From Candidatus Poribacteria bacterium (GTDB lineage Bacteria > Poribacteria > WGA-4E > PCPOR2b): a stretch of DNA of 64,000 nucleotides. Below are positions 28,416 through 38,894 of the stretch, piece after piece. Under the pieces are notes generated by a model that saw nothing but the letters and a program-made list of their open reading frames with translations, ran no database searches and was not told the DNA's origin. The DNA is taken from the NCBI GenBank assembly GCA_965222435.1, contig OZ244950.1, positions 1,707,273-1,771,272 of the forward strand, in the 5' to 3' direction. Position 1 is the first letter of the stretch. The number at the start of each line of letters is the position of its first letter. Both the position numbers and the translations under genes were made by a program.

Positions 28416-31400
28416 CGTAATAATCTTGTAACGGGGTCACAGTAATCTCGCCACGGCGGAGCGCATCAATGCCATTGATTGCCGCTGATGCACCGGCGAT
28501 CGTAGAAAATAGGGTAATTCCGTAATCAATTGCCATCTGCCGAATTAATTCCTCATTTGGACGATGCGCATACCCGGTAGGTGTATTGATAATCAGATCG
28601 ACGGCATTGTTTTTGACGTAATCGTGGATGGTCGGGCGCCCTTTGCCGATACTATGAACCAGCGTCACCTCCATGCCGTTACGACGAAGGACCTTCGCTG
28701 TACCGTGCGTGGCGATCAGTTGAAATCCCAGATCAACTAGCTTTTTGGCGATAAAGATAATTGCGCGCTTATCCTTATTTTTTACGCTGATGAACGCATG
28801 ACCACCGAGAGGTAGTCCATAACCGACCGCCTGTTGCGCCTTGGCAAAAGCGATACTCAGGTCAGCATCAATCCCCATCACCTCGCCTGTTGATTTCATC
28901 TCAGGACCGAGTTGGGAATTTGCCCCCGGGAAGCGATTGAACGGAAACACCGGTGCTTTCACCGAAAAATAATCCGGCTCAATCTGCCTCGTAAATCCAA
29001 GTTCTTCAAGAGTCCTTCCCGTCATGATGCGGGCGGCGAGTTTTGCCAACGGCACTCCTATCGTCTTGCTCACAAACGGCACGGTGCGCGACGCACGCGG
29101 GTTGACCTCCAACACATAAATCTCATCGTTCTTTATCGCATACTGTATATTCATCAACCCGCGCACGTTGAGTGCCTTTGCCAGCGCGTCAGTATACTCC
29201 TTGAGCGTATCGATCTGCTCCTCAACAAGCGTGTAAGGCGGCAGCACACAATCGCTATCTCCAGAGTGGATACCTGCCTCCTCGATATGTTCCATGATCC
29301 CGCCGACGACGGTGAGGTGCCCGTCGGAAATCGCATCAACATCAACTTCGATGGCATCCTCCAAATACTTGTCGATTAACACGGGATGTTCGGGTGAGGC
29401 TGCGACCGCCGAATCCATATATGCTTCCAGATCATCTTGGTCATAGACAATCCGCATTGCCCGTCCCCCCAAAACGTACGAAGGACGCACCATAACCGGG
29501 TATCCAAGTGCCGCGGCAATCGGCGTGGCTTCCTTGAGCGAAGTTGCCGTGCCATTTGGGGGCTGCATTAAGCCAAGTCCGTCGAGCAACTCTGTAAACT
29601 GCTTCCGATCCTCCGATCTTGCAATGTCCTCTGGGCTTGTCCCTATAATTGGAACACCCGCCTTCTGGAGTCCAAGCGCGAGATTCAAGGGTGTCTGTCC
29701 ACCAAGCTGCACGATAACCCCGTTCGGTTTCTCCCGATCAACGATGTTCAACACATTTTCGTGCGTGAGCGGTTCAAAGTAGAGCCGATCTGAGGTATCG
29801 TAATCCGTGCTCACAGTTTCGGGATTGCTATTGACCATAATGGTCTCATAGTTATCCTCTTTAAGTGCGAGTGCCGCGTGAACACAACAGTAATCGAACT
29901 CAATGCCTTGACCTATCCGATTCGGACCGCTACCTAAAATCAAGATTTTCCTCTTCTCGCTAGGTCTGACCTCATCCTCCATGCCGTAGGTAGAATAGTA
30001 GTAAGGCGTCTCCGCTTCAAACTCCGCAGCACAGGTATCCACCGTCTTAAACGTGGCTTCAATTCCGTGCTCCTTCCGCAGCGCTCGGATACTTGCCTCA
30101 GAAGCGTTCCAAAGTTCCCCTATCTGAGGGTCTGAGAAGCCATACTGCTTTGCTTTACGGAGCAGGGAAACAGACGAATCAGGCAGCTGAGAAATATCCA
30201 GCGTGTCTAGTTTACTTTCGTTTCCGACTTTCCGAATTTCTTCCTCAAAATCGACAATCTCCTTTATATTATACAGGAAAAATGGATCGATGTGTGTATA
30301 TCCGTGAATCTGATCTATATTCATTCCGCTTTGGAAAGCTTGTTTTATATAAAGGACGCGCTCCATATTGGGAATGGTCAACTTCTGTGGAAGTTCCGAG
30401 ACAGGCAATTTCTGGATGGAACGGCTGTCGAGTCCCATCCAACCGTTTTCTAAGGATCTCAACCCCTTCTGCAAGGATTCCTTGAACGTCCGTCCGATTG
30501 CCATCGCCTCACCCACGGACTTCATCATCGTCGTTAGCGTCTCATCGGTGCCGGCGAATTTCTCAAATGCCCAACGCGGAATCTTTGTCACAACGTAATC
30601 AATGGTCGGTTCAAACGACGCAGGGGTTTTGCGCGTAATATCATTGGGAAGCTCGTCGAGGGTGTATCCGACAGCTAGCTTCGCTGCGATCTTTGCTATC
30701 GGAAATCCTGTCGCTTTCGAGGCGAGTGCAGAACTCCGAGAGACCCGCGGGTTCATTTCAATCACAACCTGTTTCCCTGTATCGGGATCGACCGCAAACT
30801 GGATATTTGAACCGCCGGTGTCCACACCAATTTCACGAATAATCTTAATCGCTGCATCCCGCATCTGTTGATACTCTTTGTCCGTCAAGGTCTGGGCGGG
30901 CGCAACCGTAATACTGTCGCCGGTGTGAACCCCCATCGGATCGAAATTCTCAATGGAACAGATAATCACGACGTTATCTGTTCTATCCCGCATTACCTCA
31001 AGCTCAAATTCTTTCCAGCCAATCACCGACTCCTCAATTAGCACCTCGTTGACCGGACTCAACCCCAATCCGTACTCGACCATCTCCCGGAATTCTTCGA
31101 TATTGTAAGCAATGCCTCCGCCGGTGCCACCGAGTGTGAACGCGGGCCGAATAATCGCTGGATAACCGATCTCCTCAACGATAGCAATCGCATCGTCATA
31201 CGAATGGGCAATGCCGCTTTTTGGCACCGCCAAGCCAATCCGCTCCATCGCCTTCTTGAATAGGCCTCGATCCTCCGCTTTTTGGATAGCGGGAAGTTTC
31301 GCGCCAATCAACTCAACCTCGTACTTATCCAACACACCCGATTCAGCAAGCTCAACAGAGACATTCAACCCTGTCTGTCCACCCAAAGTTGGGAGTAGGG

Positions 31401-31653
31401 CTTGGGGACGTTCCTGAGCAATAATTCGTTCGGCGATATCCGCATTAATCGGTTCAACATAGGTGCGGTCTGCAAGCTCCGTGTCCGTCATAATTGTTGC
31501 CGGATTGCTGTTGACAAGGACAACCTCATACCCCTCCTCCTTCAAGGATTTACACGCCTGAGTGCCCGAATAGTCAAACTCGCAGGCTTGACCGATAATA
31601 ATCGGGCCGGAGCCGATAATTAGGATCTTTTTGATGTCAGTTCGCTTTGGCAT
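28399..31653 (-). CDS. carB: carbamoyl-phosphate synthase large subunit
   Basis: [36 protein letters not shown]-terminus, duplicated ATP-grasp halves, C-terminal MGS-like domain; start set to internal ATG 31653. Confidence 0.9.
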   Translation of the reverse strand: MPKRTDIKKILIIGSGPIIIGQACEFDYSGTQACKSLKEEGYEVVLVNSNPATIMTDTELADRTYVEPINADIAERIIAQERPQALLPTLGGQTGLNVSVELAESGVLDKYEVELIGAKLPAIQKAEDRGLFKKAMERIGLAVPKSGIAHSYDDAIAIVEEIGYPAIIRPAFTLGGTGGGIAYNIEEFREMVEYGLGLSPVNEVLIEESVIGWKEFELEVMRDRTDNVVIICSIENFDPMGVHTGDSITVAPAQTLTDKEYQQMRDAAIKIIREIGVDTGGSNIQFAVDPDTGKQVVIEMNPRVSRSSALASKATGFPIAKIAAKLAVGYTLDELPNDITRKTPASFEPTIDYVVTKIPRWAFEKFAGTDETLTTMMKSVGEAMAIGRTFKESLQKGLRSLENGWMGLDSRSIQKLPVSELPQKLTIPNMERVLYIKQAFQSGMNIDQIHGYTHIDPFFLYNIKEIVDFEEEIRKVGNESKLDTLDISQLPDSSVSLLRKAKQYGFSDPQIGELWNASEASIRALRKEHGIEATFKTVDTCAAEFEAETPYYYSTYGMEDEVRPSEKRKILILGSGPNRIGQGIEFDYCCVHAALALKEDNYETIMVNSNPETVSTDYDTSDRLYFEPLTHENVLNIVDREKPNGVIVQLGGQTPLNLALGLQKAGVPIIGTSPEDIARSEDRKQFTELLDGLGLMQPPNGTATSLKEATPIAAALGYPVMVRPSYVLGGRAMRIVYDQDDLEAYMDSAVAASPEHPVLIDKYLEDAIEVDVDAISDGHLTVVGGIMEHIEEAGIHSGDSDCVLPPYTLVEEQIDTLKEYTDALAKALNVRGLMNIQYAIKNDEIYVLEVNPRASRTVPFVSKTIGVPLAKLAARIMTGRTLEELGFTRQIEPDYFSVKAPVFPFNRFPGANSQLGPEMKSTGEVMGIDADLSIAFAKAQQAVGYGLPLGGHAFISVKNKDKRAIIFIAKKLVDLGFQLIATHGTAKVLRRNGMEVTLVHSIGKGRPTIHDYVKNNAVDLIINTPTGYAHRPNEELIRQMAIDYGITLFSTIAGASAAINGIDALRRGEITVTPLQDYYVKYKT

Positions 31654-31770
31654 GGTAAATAACCTTATCGTATTGTTATCGGGACAGAATTTAACGCAAA
31701 GGCGCGAAGGTACAAGGATTTTTCTCTTCTTTTCCCTGCACCTCATTACGGCATTGCGTTGTTTTCTTTC

Positions 31771-31787
31771 TCACGTTTCACGCATCA
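31771..31787 (-). repeat. three tandem heptamers giving TGA in all three frames at carA stop
   Basis: Minus-strand acgtgat-gcgtgaa-acgtgag; TGA at 31787, 31780, 31773. Confidence 0.4.
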
Positions 31788-32963
31788 CGTCTTACTCATC
31801 AGATCCGTGAACCTCTTAAAAAGATACCTTGCGTCATGGGGACCGGGAGACGCCTCCGGATGATACTGCACAGCAAAGATCGGATATTCTCTGTGCTCCA
31901 TCCCTTCAAGGGTTTGATCGTTCAAGTTGATATGCGTCACCTTTACATTGTTTGGCAGTGAGTCAATGTCCACGCAGAAACCGTGATTTTGTGAGGTAAT
32001 TTCGACCTGATCTGTGTCGAATCGTTTAACAGGCTGATTTGCGCCGCGATGCCCGAATTTGAGTTTGAAAGTCTTTCCGCCAAATGCAAGTCCCAACAGT
32101 TGATGCCCCAAACAGATACCAAAGATTGGCTTCACCCCAATCAACTGCTGAATCGTCTTGATGCCGTATTCAATCGGTTCCGGATCGCCGGGACCGTTGG
32201 ATAAGAAGATACCATCTGGGTTCGCGGCAAGAATATCTTCTGCAGAAGTGTGTGCTGGCACCACTTGAACCTGACAACCGTGTTGGGTAAGCTGGCGTAA
32301 GATATTATATTTAACCCCGAAATCCACTGCAATAACTCGGAACTGGGGAGTTGACGGTGCCTCAATCCCTGTTGTGTCAAAGTCGATCGTGAGTTGGGAA
32401 TCTTTAGCATCGGCGGTGGGGCTCAACTCAGAGAGAGCGTCTGATTCGGGGTCGCGTGTCTCCCATAAGTACGGATTCGGGCATGTCACGTACTGAACCA
32501 TATCTACACCAACCAACCCGTGCCACGCCTGCGCTTTGGCAACCAAGCTTTGGGGGTCAAGATCTTCCGTCGAAAGTATTCCATTCATGACGCCATGTAC
32601 TCTGAGCCGTTTGGTCAATGCGCGTGTGTCAATACCGTGGATGCCGATCATCCCATTTTCTTCGAGGTAGCGGCTGAGATTGGACTGTGAACGCCAGTTG
32701 CTCTCGTATGCACTATATTCACGCACAACAAATCCTTCGGCTTGCGGTCGAATTGATTCGACATCGATTTCGTTGCAGCCGTAGTTTCCGATTAGCGGGT
32801 AGGTCATCGTGACGATCTGCCCCTTGTAGGATGGATCGGTGAGAATCTCTTGGTAGCCGGTCATACTGGTGTTGAAAACCACCTCACCGGAGGTTTCCCC
32901 GGTCGCGCCGAAATGTTCGCCTTCAAAGATTGTTCCATCCGCTAATGCGAGAATTGCTTTCAT
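31785..32963 (-). CDS. carA: carbamoyl-phosphate synthase small subunit
   Basis: MKAILALADGTIFEGEHFGA N-terminus and glutamine amidotransferase domain (GICLGHQLL, catalytic Cys). Confidence 0.9.
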   Translation of the reverse strand: MKAILALADGTIFEGEHFGATGETSGEVVFNTSMTGYQEILTDPSYKGQIVTMTYPLIGNYGCNEIDVESIRPQAEGFVVREYSAYESNWRSQSNLSRYLEENGMIGIHGIDTRALTKRLRVHGVMNGILSTEDLDPQSLVAKAQAWHGLVGVDMVQYVTCPNPYLWETRDPESDALSELSPTADAKDSQLTIDFDTTGIEAPSTPQFRVIAVDFGVKYNILRQLTQHGCQVQVVPAHTSAEDILAANPDGIFLSNGPGDPEPIEYGIKTIQQLIGVKPIFGICLGHQLLGLAFGGKTFKLKFGHRGANQPVKRFDTDQVEITSQNHGFCVDIDSLPNNVKVTHINLNDQTLEGMEHREYPIFAVQYHPEASPGPHDARYLFKRFTDLMSKT

Positions 32964-33133
32964 TGGGCTAGTTGTCCTTATTCTCAACAGGTTTGAATAT
33001 TATTCGTCTCTCGCTCTGCCTGAACTCGAAGTCAAACGTGATGGGTAAATGGTCAGGGGTTCATTGGTGCATTGGCTCACTAGTACATTAATGAACTTAT
33101 GAACTCAATATCCTCACCAACTCGCACCAAAGA

Positions 33134-33424
33134 TTATACAGGTTCCCACAGATCTTCTCTGAGGCTTCGTAGACGTAACGTGCGAATACGCACCTGCTTG
33201 ACCTGCCGAGGAACAAGAAAAAGCGTCATCTTTCCGTCATGAGTTGATGGAGAGGAAGCAGCTAGCTCTTCTCGTTTACGCTTCGCCGCTGTAAAGTCTT
33301 CTGCTACGCCTACAATCTGGGTATCGTTCAAAATGATAACTACCTTGCCCTCATACCGCTTGGGACGCTTATAGATTTTTTGGAGCCATTGTTGTGTTTG
33401 CCGTTTTTTCATGTGTCGCATCAC
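33134..33424 (-). CDS. hypothetical small protein
   Basis: 96-aa basic ORF downstream of the methyltransferase gene. Confidence 0.3.
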   Translation of the reverse strand: MMRHMKKRQTQQWLQKIYKRPKRYEGKVVIILNDTQIVGVAEDFTAAKRKREELAASSPSTHDGKMTLFLVPRQVKQVRIRTLRLRSLREDLWEPV

Positions 33425-33490
33425 CCTCTCAAGGAATAAACGGTTTTGCTATATGGGATATATCTCTCGCCCTTAATCAAGTTGGCTAAT

Positions 33491-33541
33491 GTTAAGAAAT
33501 CGTGCAACAGAAACCGAGTTTTCAAGAAAAAACTCGGTTTC
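33491..33541 (-). terminator. palindromic hairpin plus conserved flanking motif
   Basis: gaaaccgagtttt-caag-aaaaaactcggtttc at 33510..33541 preceded by gttaagaaatcgtgcaacag, the reverse complement of the motif upstream of the PhyH gene at 9402. Confidence 0.4.
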
Positions 33542-33564
33542 TTTTATAGATAGCAACTAGGTCA

Positions 33565-35187
33565 TCATGCCTCTATTTCAAGTTGCTGGCTTTGGGGGGC
33601 TGCCCGTTCTGCCCTGCGGAATGTGACATCAATAGGCGTCTGTGGATATTCAATACCGTGTCCCGCAAGCAGTTCCTCAATCGTCCGAATCTGAATCTTT
33701 GGATATGTCGTGTGAGTGACGTGAAGCCATTGAAAACGCCCTGCTGTCGCTGCTTCCTTGAGCATCGGTTGGGTCGGCGGATTCAGCGTGATAAAGACAC
33801 CAATCACAGCGTCTTGGGTTTCAACAACCGATTTCAGTTCCCGTATGTCCCTAACAGAAACCTTCCCACTTTTAACCTGAACGACAATCTTCCGGGTCAG
33901 CGTCTTTTTCGGCTTATCTGGATCAACATCCTGATAATAGATCATCCCGTCCACACCCTCGTCTGCCCCCTTCTTTTTCCCCTGATACGGTCTCGCCCGA
34001 ATCAGGCTTAACGCCCACCACTGGAATTGATACCGATCTTGAACCGCTAAAGCCTTCGCGCTCTCTGCATCTTTCGGCTCACCGATAACTTCGTATTTCA
34101 CACCGTCACCAAAGGCATCGGCAAGGCGGTACTTCAATAAAGCGATGGCAAGATGTGTGATGTCAACCCCAATCCACCGGCGGTTAAACTGTTGAGCAAC
34201 AGCGACAGCCGTCCCACAACCACAAAACGCGTCCAATACAACATCGCCTTCGTTACTACTCGCTTTGATAATCCGCTCAAGCAATGCTTCAGGCTTTTGG
34301 GTGGGATATCTGAGACGCTCTTTCGCTTGAGAGTTTATAGGTGGTATATCAACCCAAACATCCTGCATAGGAACACCGGGCATCTCATCTAAAAATTGTT
34401 TCAATCTAGGTGTACCATAGCGAGTATAGTATAGTTTGCCGGATTCATGGTATTCCTGCATAGTGCTATACGGACAGCGCCAAATCTTAGTTATTCCATT
34501 CCACTCATACTCATATCCTCCTCCACTCAAAGAGCCTGCCGTTAAATCCCTGTCTAAAAATCTTCTGCCATTTTCATCAGTATGTTTATAATACTTCTCA
34601 ATGTACCCATCAGAATATGGTAGATACTGTTCATTATGAGTGAAAGAATTACTTATTGAATAGTAAAGTATAATGTCATGTACGTTCCCATATACGGCAG
34701 AATCATTATGGGCTGCGGTTCGTCTCCAAGTAATCTCATTCCTGAAATTTTTAACGCCAAAAATCTGATCCAAGATAATCTTCAGATAATGCGACGCCGT
34801 CGGATCACAATGGAGATAAAAGCTCCCTGTCGGTTTCAGGACACGGTGGAGTTCCACCAATCGCAACCCCATCATCACGAGGTACGCCATCAGATTGTTT
34901 TCACCGAGGATTCCGCGAAAACTCTTGATTGTCTCAACCAGAAGGGGTGGCGCGGTCTCGACCAGCTCATAATATGCCTGCTCAGTGGTTTCGACCCAAT
35001 GCCATGTATCCTCAAAGGCTTGGATCTGTGCCTGCGACGATGAGCCATCCCTTTCGCTGAAAATCACGTTGTACGCTTGATTCGAGTTAAATGGCGGATC
35101 GATGTAAATGAGATCGACGCTTTCGTCGGGGATGTGGGCCCGCAAAATGTCTAGATTGTCACCATAGTAGAGTTGATTCATATCCAT
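33565..35187 (-). CDS. DNA methyltransferase (N6-adenine/N4-cytosine type) fused to a C-terminal Mrr-like PD-(D/E)xK nuclease domain
   Basis: Motif IV DPPF (LIYIDPPFNS) before motif I (VVLDAFCGCGTAVAVA), i.e. beta-class order; C-terminal GADEGVDGMIYY...VVQVKSGK...GVFITL resembles the Mrr catalytic domain. Confidence 0.6.
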   Translation of the reverse strand: MDMNQLYYGDNLDILRAHIPDESVDLIYIDPPFNSNQAYNVIFSERDGSSSQAQIQAFEDTWHWVETTEQAYYELVETAPPLLVETIKSFRGILGENNLMAYLVMMGLRLVELHRVLKPTGSFYLHCDPTASHYLKIILDQIFGVKNFRNEITWRRTAAHNDSAVYGNVHDIILYYSISNSFTHNEQYLPYSDGYIEKYYKHTDENGRRFLDRDLTAGSLSGGGYEYEWNGITKIWRCPYSTMQEYHESGKLYYTRYGTPRLKQFLDEMPGVPMQDVWVDIPPINSQAKERLRYPTQKPEALLERIIKASSNEGDVVLDAFCGCGTAVAVAQQFNRRWIGVDITHLAIALLKYRLADAFGDGVKYEVIGEPKDAESAKALAVQDRYQFQWWALSLIRARPYQGKKKGADEGVDGMIYYQDVDPDKPKKTLTRKIVVQVKSGKVSVRDIRELKSVVETQDAVIGVFITLNPPTQPMLKEAATAGRFQWLHVTHTTYPKIQIRTIEELLAGHGIEYPQTPIDVTFRRAERAAPQSQQLEIEA

Positions 35188-35190
35188 CGG

Positions 35191-35751
35191 CTATCTCTTT
35201 ATCTGTTGCGATTCGGACTTCAGAACCGAGTACAACTTCATATCGTGAAACTGCCCTCTAACGTAGACATACTTCCGCAAGACACCCTCAAGACTCATGC
35301 CAGCTTTCTCCATCACGCGGGCGGAGGCACAGTTCTCAACCATGCAGGTTCCCTCAATTCGATTAAGCCGCCAACGTTCAAAGCCGAATTGGATGATTGC
35401 TTGAGCGGTCTCAGTCGCATATCCTCTCCCCCAATACTTCCGACCAATATTGAAAGCGATCTCCGCCCTTTTGTGTTCAAAGTTCACATTGTGCAAGAAG
35501 CAGTTTCCGATGACCTTACCGTTCTCGGTCAGGACAACTCCCCAACACGCGAAATCATCGGTTGTTACCCATGAAATAAAGTCTCTGCTGTCCTCTATCG
35601 ATTGGTGTGCCCGCCAAAACAGGTACATTGTCACCTGTGGGTCTGAAACCCACTCAAATATATCTTCTGCATCCGCCATCTCTAATGGTCTTAAAAGCAG
35701 CTTTTCAGTCTCTATCACAGGCAAATCGCTGAAGCGTTCGTCCTTAGCCAT
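35191..35751 (-). CDS. GNAT family N-acetyltransferase
   Basis: 186 aa, RimJ/RimL-like pattern (LLLRPLEMADAEDIFEWVSDPQV, acetyl-CoA-binding-like GRKYWGRGYATE). Confidence 0.7.
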   Translation of the reverse strand: MAKDERFSDLPVIETEKLLLRPLEMADAEDIFEWVSDPQVTMYLFWRAHQSIEDSRDFISWVTTDDFACWGVVLTENGKVIGNCFLHNVNFEHKRAEIAFNIGRKYWGRGYATETAQAIIQFGFERWRLNRIEGTCMVENCASARVMEKAGMSLEGVLRKYVYVRGQFHDMKLYSVLKSESQQIKR

Positions 35752-36029
35752 CCCCTACCCCATTTGCAAAATTAGTAGGTCGTGATTTTATTTTTTTATA
35801 GGACTTACACAGTTGAACACTGAGGTTTTGTAGTTCGATGCTTCAGTGCCAACGCGGGGCAAGTCCGAGAGGATTTCCGAAGAATCGAGAGCAGGCCCGT
35901 GACCGGGGAGGCCCCGCCTACGATGGGTATGGATTCTGACCATACCCCGAAACGCCCGATGAATCGGGCAACTACAAGCCGATGAATCGGGGAACTACGA
36001 TATGAGGTGCGTAAGTCCTGTTTTATTTA

Positions 36030-36046
36030 TCACGTTTCACGCTTCA
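36030..36046 (-). repeat. three tandem heptamers giving TGA in all three frames at pyrC stop
   Basis: Minus-strand acgtgaa-gcgtgaa-acgtgat; TGA at 36046, 36039, 36032. Confidence 0.4.
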
Positions 36047-37318
36047 CGTTCGGGTAACAACACCGTCCCGGATAGTCATCACAGACCATCCCTTCAATTC
36101 CCAACCGTCAAAGGGGGTATTACGGCTTTTGGAGGGAGACTGCGTCACATCCACCGTCGCAACCTTCTCCGGATCTATCAACGTCACGTCAGCAGCTGCA
36201 CCGATTGAGAGTGTTCCGCGATCAATTTGCAGAATCTTAGCAGGGACACAAGTCATTTTCGCTATCGCCTCCGATAACGTGAACTGACCCGTGTGGATAA
36301 GTCGATCAAATACAAGCGGTACGCAGGTCTCTGATCCGATGATGCCCGGCGGGGCGTCAAGCAGACCCTGCGCCTTTTCAAACGGGGCATGTGGCGCGTG
36401 GTCTGTCGCAATCGCATCGAGCGTACCGTCTTTGATCCCTTCGATGACGGCATCAACGTCAGCCTGTGTACGCAAGGGCGGATGCATCTTGGCATTCGTA
36501 CCCTGTTCTTCGACCGCTTTATCGGTGAGCGTAAAGTGGTGTGGCATCGCTTCGGCGGTCACATTGACACCCCTGCGTTTGCCCCAACGGACAAGATCAA
36601 CGGATCCCGCGGTACTAACATGGAGGACATGGAGGTGCCCGCCGGTCAGTTCAGCGAGCATGATGTCGCGGGCAACGATAATATCTTCCGCAGCGTTGGG
36701 GCTTCCTATCAGGTTCAACCGCCGCGATGTTTCGCCGAGGTTCATGACCGCTCCCACGTCAAGGTTATGTTCTTGGCAATGAACCATAACGGGAAAAGCG
36801 TGTTTCGCACTCAACGCCAGCACATCGCGCATCAACCCCGCATCCATGACCGTTTTGCCATCGTCTGATAGTCCGACAGCACCGGCTGCTATCAACGCTG
36901 GCACATCCGTCAATACTTCGCCATCAAGATTTTTCGTGATGCTGCCGATTGGAAACACATTTGTTGCACCATTTTTCCGCGCTTGTGACTGTATCAATTC
37001 GATAACATCGGGTGAATCTGCCACCGGATTGGTATTCGCCATGCACACAACAGAAGTAAATCCGCCAGCCGCTGCCGCCCGGGTGCCTGATGCGATTGTC
37101 TCCTTGTGCTCAAATCCGGGTTCGCGGAGATGAACGTGCATATCAATCAAGCCCGGCGTAACGATTAGCCCTGTCGCATCAACGGTTTGAGACGCCTCAA
37201 TTTCAATTCGGTCATCAATTCGATCGATTTTCCCATCACGAATCAGGAGATCTCCGGTGGTGTCAGTCTCGTTGGCAGGGTCAATAATCCGACCGTTTCG
37301 GATGAGTATCCGACTCAT
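36044..37318 (-). CDS. pyrC: dihydroorotase
   Basis: DMHVHLREPG metal-binding motif, amidohydrolase-superfamily fold, 424 aa; adjacent to pyrR. Confidence 0.85.
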   Translation of the reverse strand: MSRILIRNGRIIDPANETDTTGDLLIRDGKIDRIDDRIEIEASQTVDATGLIVTPGLIDMHVHLREPGFEHKETIASGTRAAAAGGFTSVVCMANTNPVADSPDVIELIQSQARKNGATNVFPIGSITKNLDGEVLTDVPALIAAGAVGLSDDGKTVMDAGLMRDVLALSAKHAFPVMVHCQEHNLDVGAVMNLGETSRRLNLIGSPNAAEDIIVARDIMLAELTGGHLHVLHVSTAGSVDLVRWGKRRGVNVTAEAMPHHFTLTDKAVEEQGTNAKMHPPLRTQADVDAVIEGIKDGTLDAIATDHAPHAPFEKAQGLLDAPPGIIGSETCVPLVFDRLIHTGQFTLSEAIAKMTCVPAKILQIDRGTLSIGAAADVTLIDPEKVATVDVTQSPSKSRNTPFDGWELKGWSVMTIRDGVVTRT

Positions 37319-37869
37319 GGATTGTCCTCCTCGTAAATCACCGCCCGGTCAACCCCATCCTCCTCGACCAACTGAACGCGAACAATCTCCTTACGCGAAG
37401 TCGGAATATTCTTTCCGATGTAATCCGCCGCAATCGGGAGTTCACGATGACCTCGATCAATGAGAACCGCCAATTGAATTGCTGCAGGTCGTCCAAAATC
37501 CATGACTGCGTCCATGGCAGCACGAACAGTGCGTCCGGTGTAAAGCACCTCATCAACCAAGATGACACGCTTTCCTGTTGGATCAAACGGGATCTCTGTG
37601 CGATTCACTTTAATCGTCTCATCATACAGGTTCACGTCATCTCGATAGAGCCGCACATCAACGACGCCGACGGGAACTTTAATCCCCTCAGTCCGCTCCA
37701 GATTTTCAGCGATTCGACGTGCCAAGTGATCCCCCCGGCTTTTAACCCCAATGATTGCCAGATCCGCAATTTCTTGGTGGCTTCGCTCCAAAATCTCATG
37801 TGATATTCGGACCACCGCCCGCCGAATGTCCTCCGCTGTCATCACTTGTGTCTTTTCACGCATTTGCAT
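37315..37869 (-). CDS. pyrR: bifunctional pyrimidine operon regulator / uracil phosphoribosyltransferase PyrR
   Basis: Strong similarity to PyrR pattern (VILVDEVLYTGRTVRAAMDA, ADYIGKNIPTS); start among several in-frame Met, approximate. Confidence 0.8.
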   Translation of the reverse strand: MQMREKTQVMTAEDIRRAVVRISHEILERSHQEIADLAIIGVKSRGDHLARRIAENLERTEGIKVPVGVVDVRLYRDDVNLYDETIKVNRTEIPFDPTGKRVILVDEVLYTGRTVRAAMDAVMDFGRPAAIQLAVLIDRGHRELPIAADYIGKNIPTSRKEIVRVQLVEEDGVDRAVIYEEDNP

Positions 37870-37893
37870 AATCTTTCCTCGCACCAACACTCC

Positions 37894-38472
37894 TCAAGTT
37901 AAATCTTCCCGCCTCTGATACAAAAGGTCCATAATCTCCTGTAACAGGGGAGAATCGTCAAAACTTCGATAATTCCAAGGATTTGTCCAAAATTCGTCCA
38001 GCGATCGATAGCCAATCTTTTCGTATTCCAAGACCTGAATCATCAGTTCAAGTTTATCGGCAGCCCGTACCAATTTCCCTTCAACAGATGTACCTTCCTC
38101 AAACTCAGCCCAAAGTTGGATATATTTTTGTTGGAGTGGTCCAAAGCGTTCAAACATTGATTCAACAGCAGCCTGTTCCCCCGCTGCCTTGACTTCTTCG
38201 GGGATATATTTGAGGGTTGGAAAGGGCAGATCTCCAATCCGTGCTTCAGCGACCTCGTGCAACAATGCGAGGCGCATCACTTTTTCCACGTCCAGCGGAA
38301 CGCCCTGCTCCGTCAACACATCCGCCAGAATCATCGACAAAAGTGACACTCGATAGCAATGATCTGCGATACTCTCAGCATCTTTGATACCGCGAAAACG
38401 CCAGCCGGTGCGCGGCAGGTTCTTGAGAACGCCAATTTCTTCAATGAAATCTAATACAGCTTGTGCATTCAT
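37894..38472 (-). CDS. HD-domain phosphohydrolase (YfbR-like)
   Basis: HD motif region (DHCYRVSLL...HEVAEARIGD); first gene of the HD-pyrR-pyrC cluster. Confidence 0.6.
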   Translation of the reverse strand: MNAQAVLDFIEEIGVLKNLPRTGWRFRGIKDAESIADHCYRVSLLSMILADVLTEQGVPLDVEKVMRLALLHEVAEARIGDLPFPTLKYIPEEVKAAGEQAAVESMFERFGPLQQKYIQLWAEFEEGTSVEGKLVRAADKLELMIQVLEYEKIGYRSLDEFWTNPWNYRSFDDSPLLQEIMDLLYQRREDLT

Positions 38473-38492
38473 CAGTCACCAAATCAGGGCAT

Positions 38493-38524
38493 AAAAAAAG
38501 CCTCCCCTACAGAAAGAGGGAGGC
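38493..38524 (-). terminator. intrinsic-terminator-like hairpin plus U7 in the leader of the HD-pyrR-pyrC cluster
   Basis: Minus-strand gcctccc-loop-gggaggc followed by ttttttt, about 20 nt upstream of the HD-gene ATG. Confidence 0.4.
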
Positions 38525-38756
38525 ACTTAACCATTCAATAGTTTTTGAGATATGGGAGTAACCGTAAATCATGTGTGATACCCTTTCCTAACCTCGCGGG
38601 ATCAGATTAAAAGGGAAAATTCTTCCATGTACGCCGCTGCCATTAAAACCGTTTTAAGTGTAGCACAATTGATCTATTTTTGCAAGAGAAATGTTGACCA
38701 TTGACATCGTGCGAAAATTCTGCTAAACTTAATCCCATCATTAAAATCAGGACTTA

Positions 38757-38810
38757 CGCAGCGTGTAGGGGCGAGGTCACCTCGCCCGTAGGGAACAACG
38801 ATCGTTGTTC
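38757..38810. repeat. GTAG-flanked double palindrome (REP/BIME-like)
   Basis: gtagg-ggcgagg-tca-cctcgcc-cgtag then ggaacaacga/tcgttgttcc-ctac; same architecture as 9288..9343 with compensatory stem changes. Confidence 0.45.
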
Positions 38811-38894
38811 CCTACCGAAGTGTGTAACCCCTAAAATTGTTAGTCAGCCAGAAAGTACCATTCCAAATTTATTTAGATTGACGGGAGAACATCT

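Noticed and set aside
38473-38700. Canonical PyrR-binding loop in the pyr leader
   Set aside because: I looked for the conserved purine-rich PyrR recognition motif on the minus strand and did not find a convincing match; only the terminator-like hairpin is reported.
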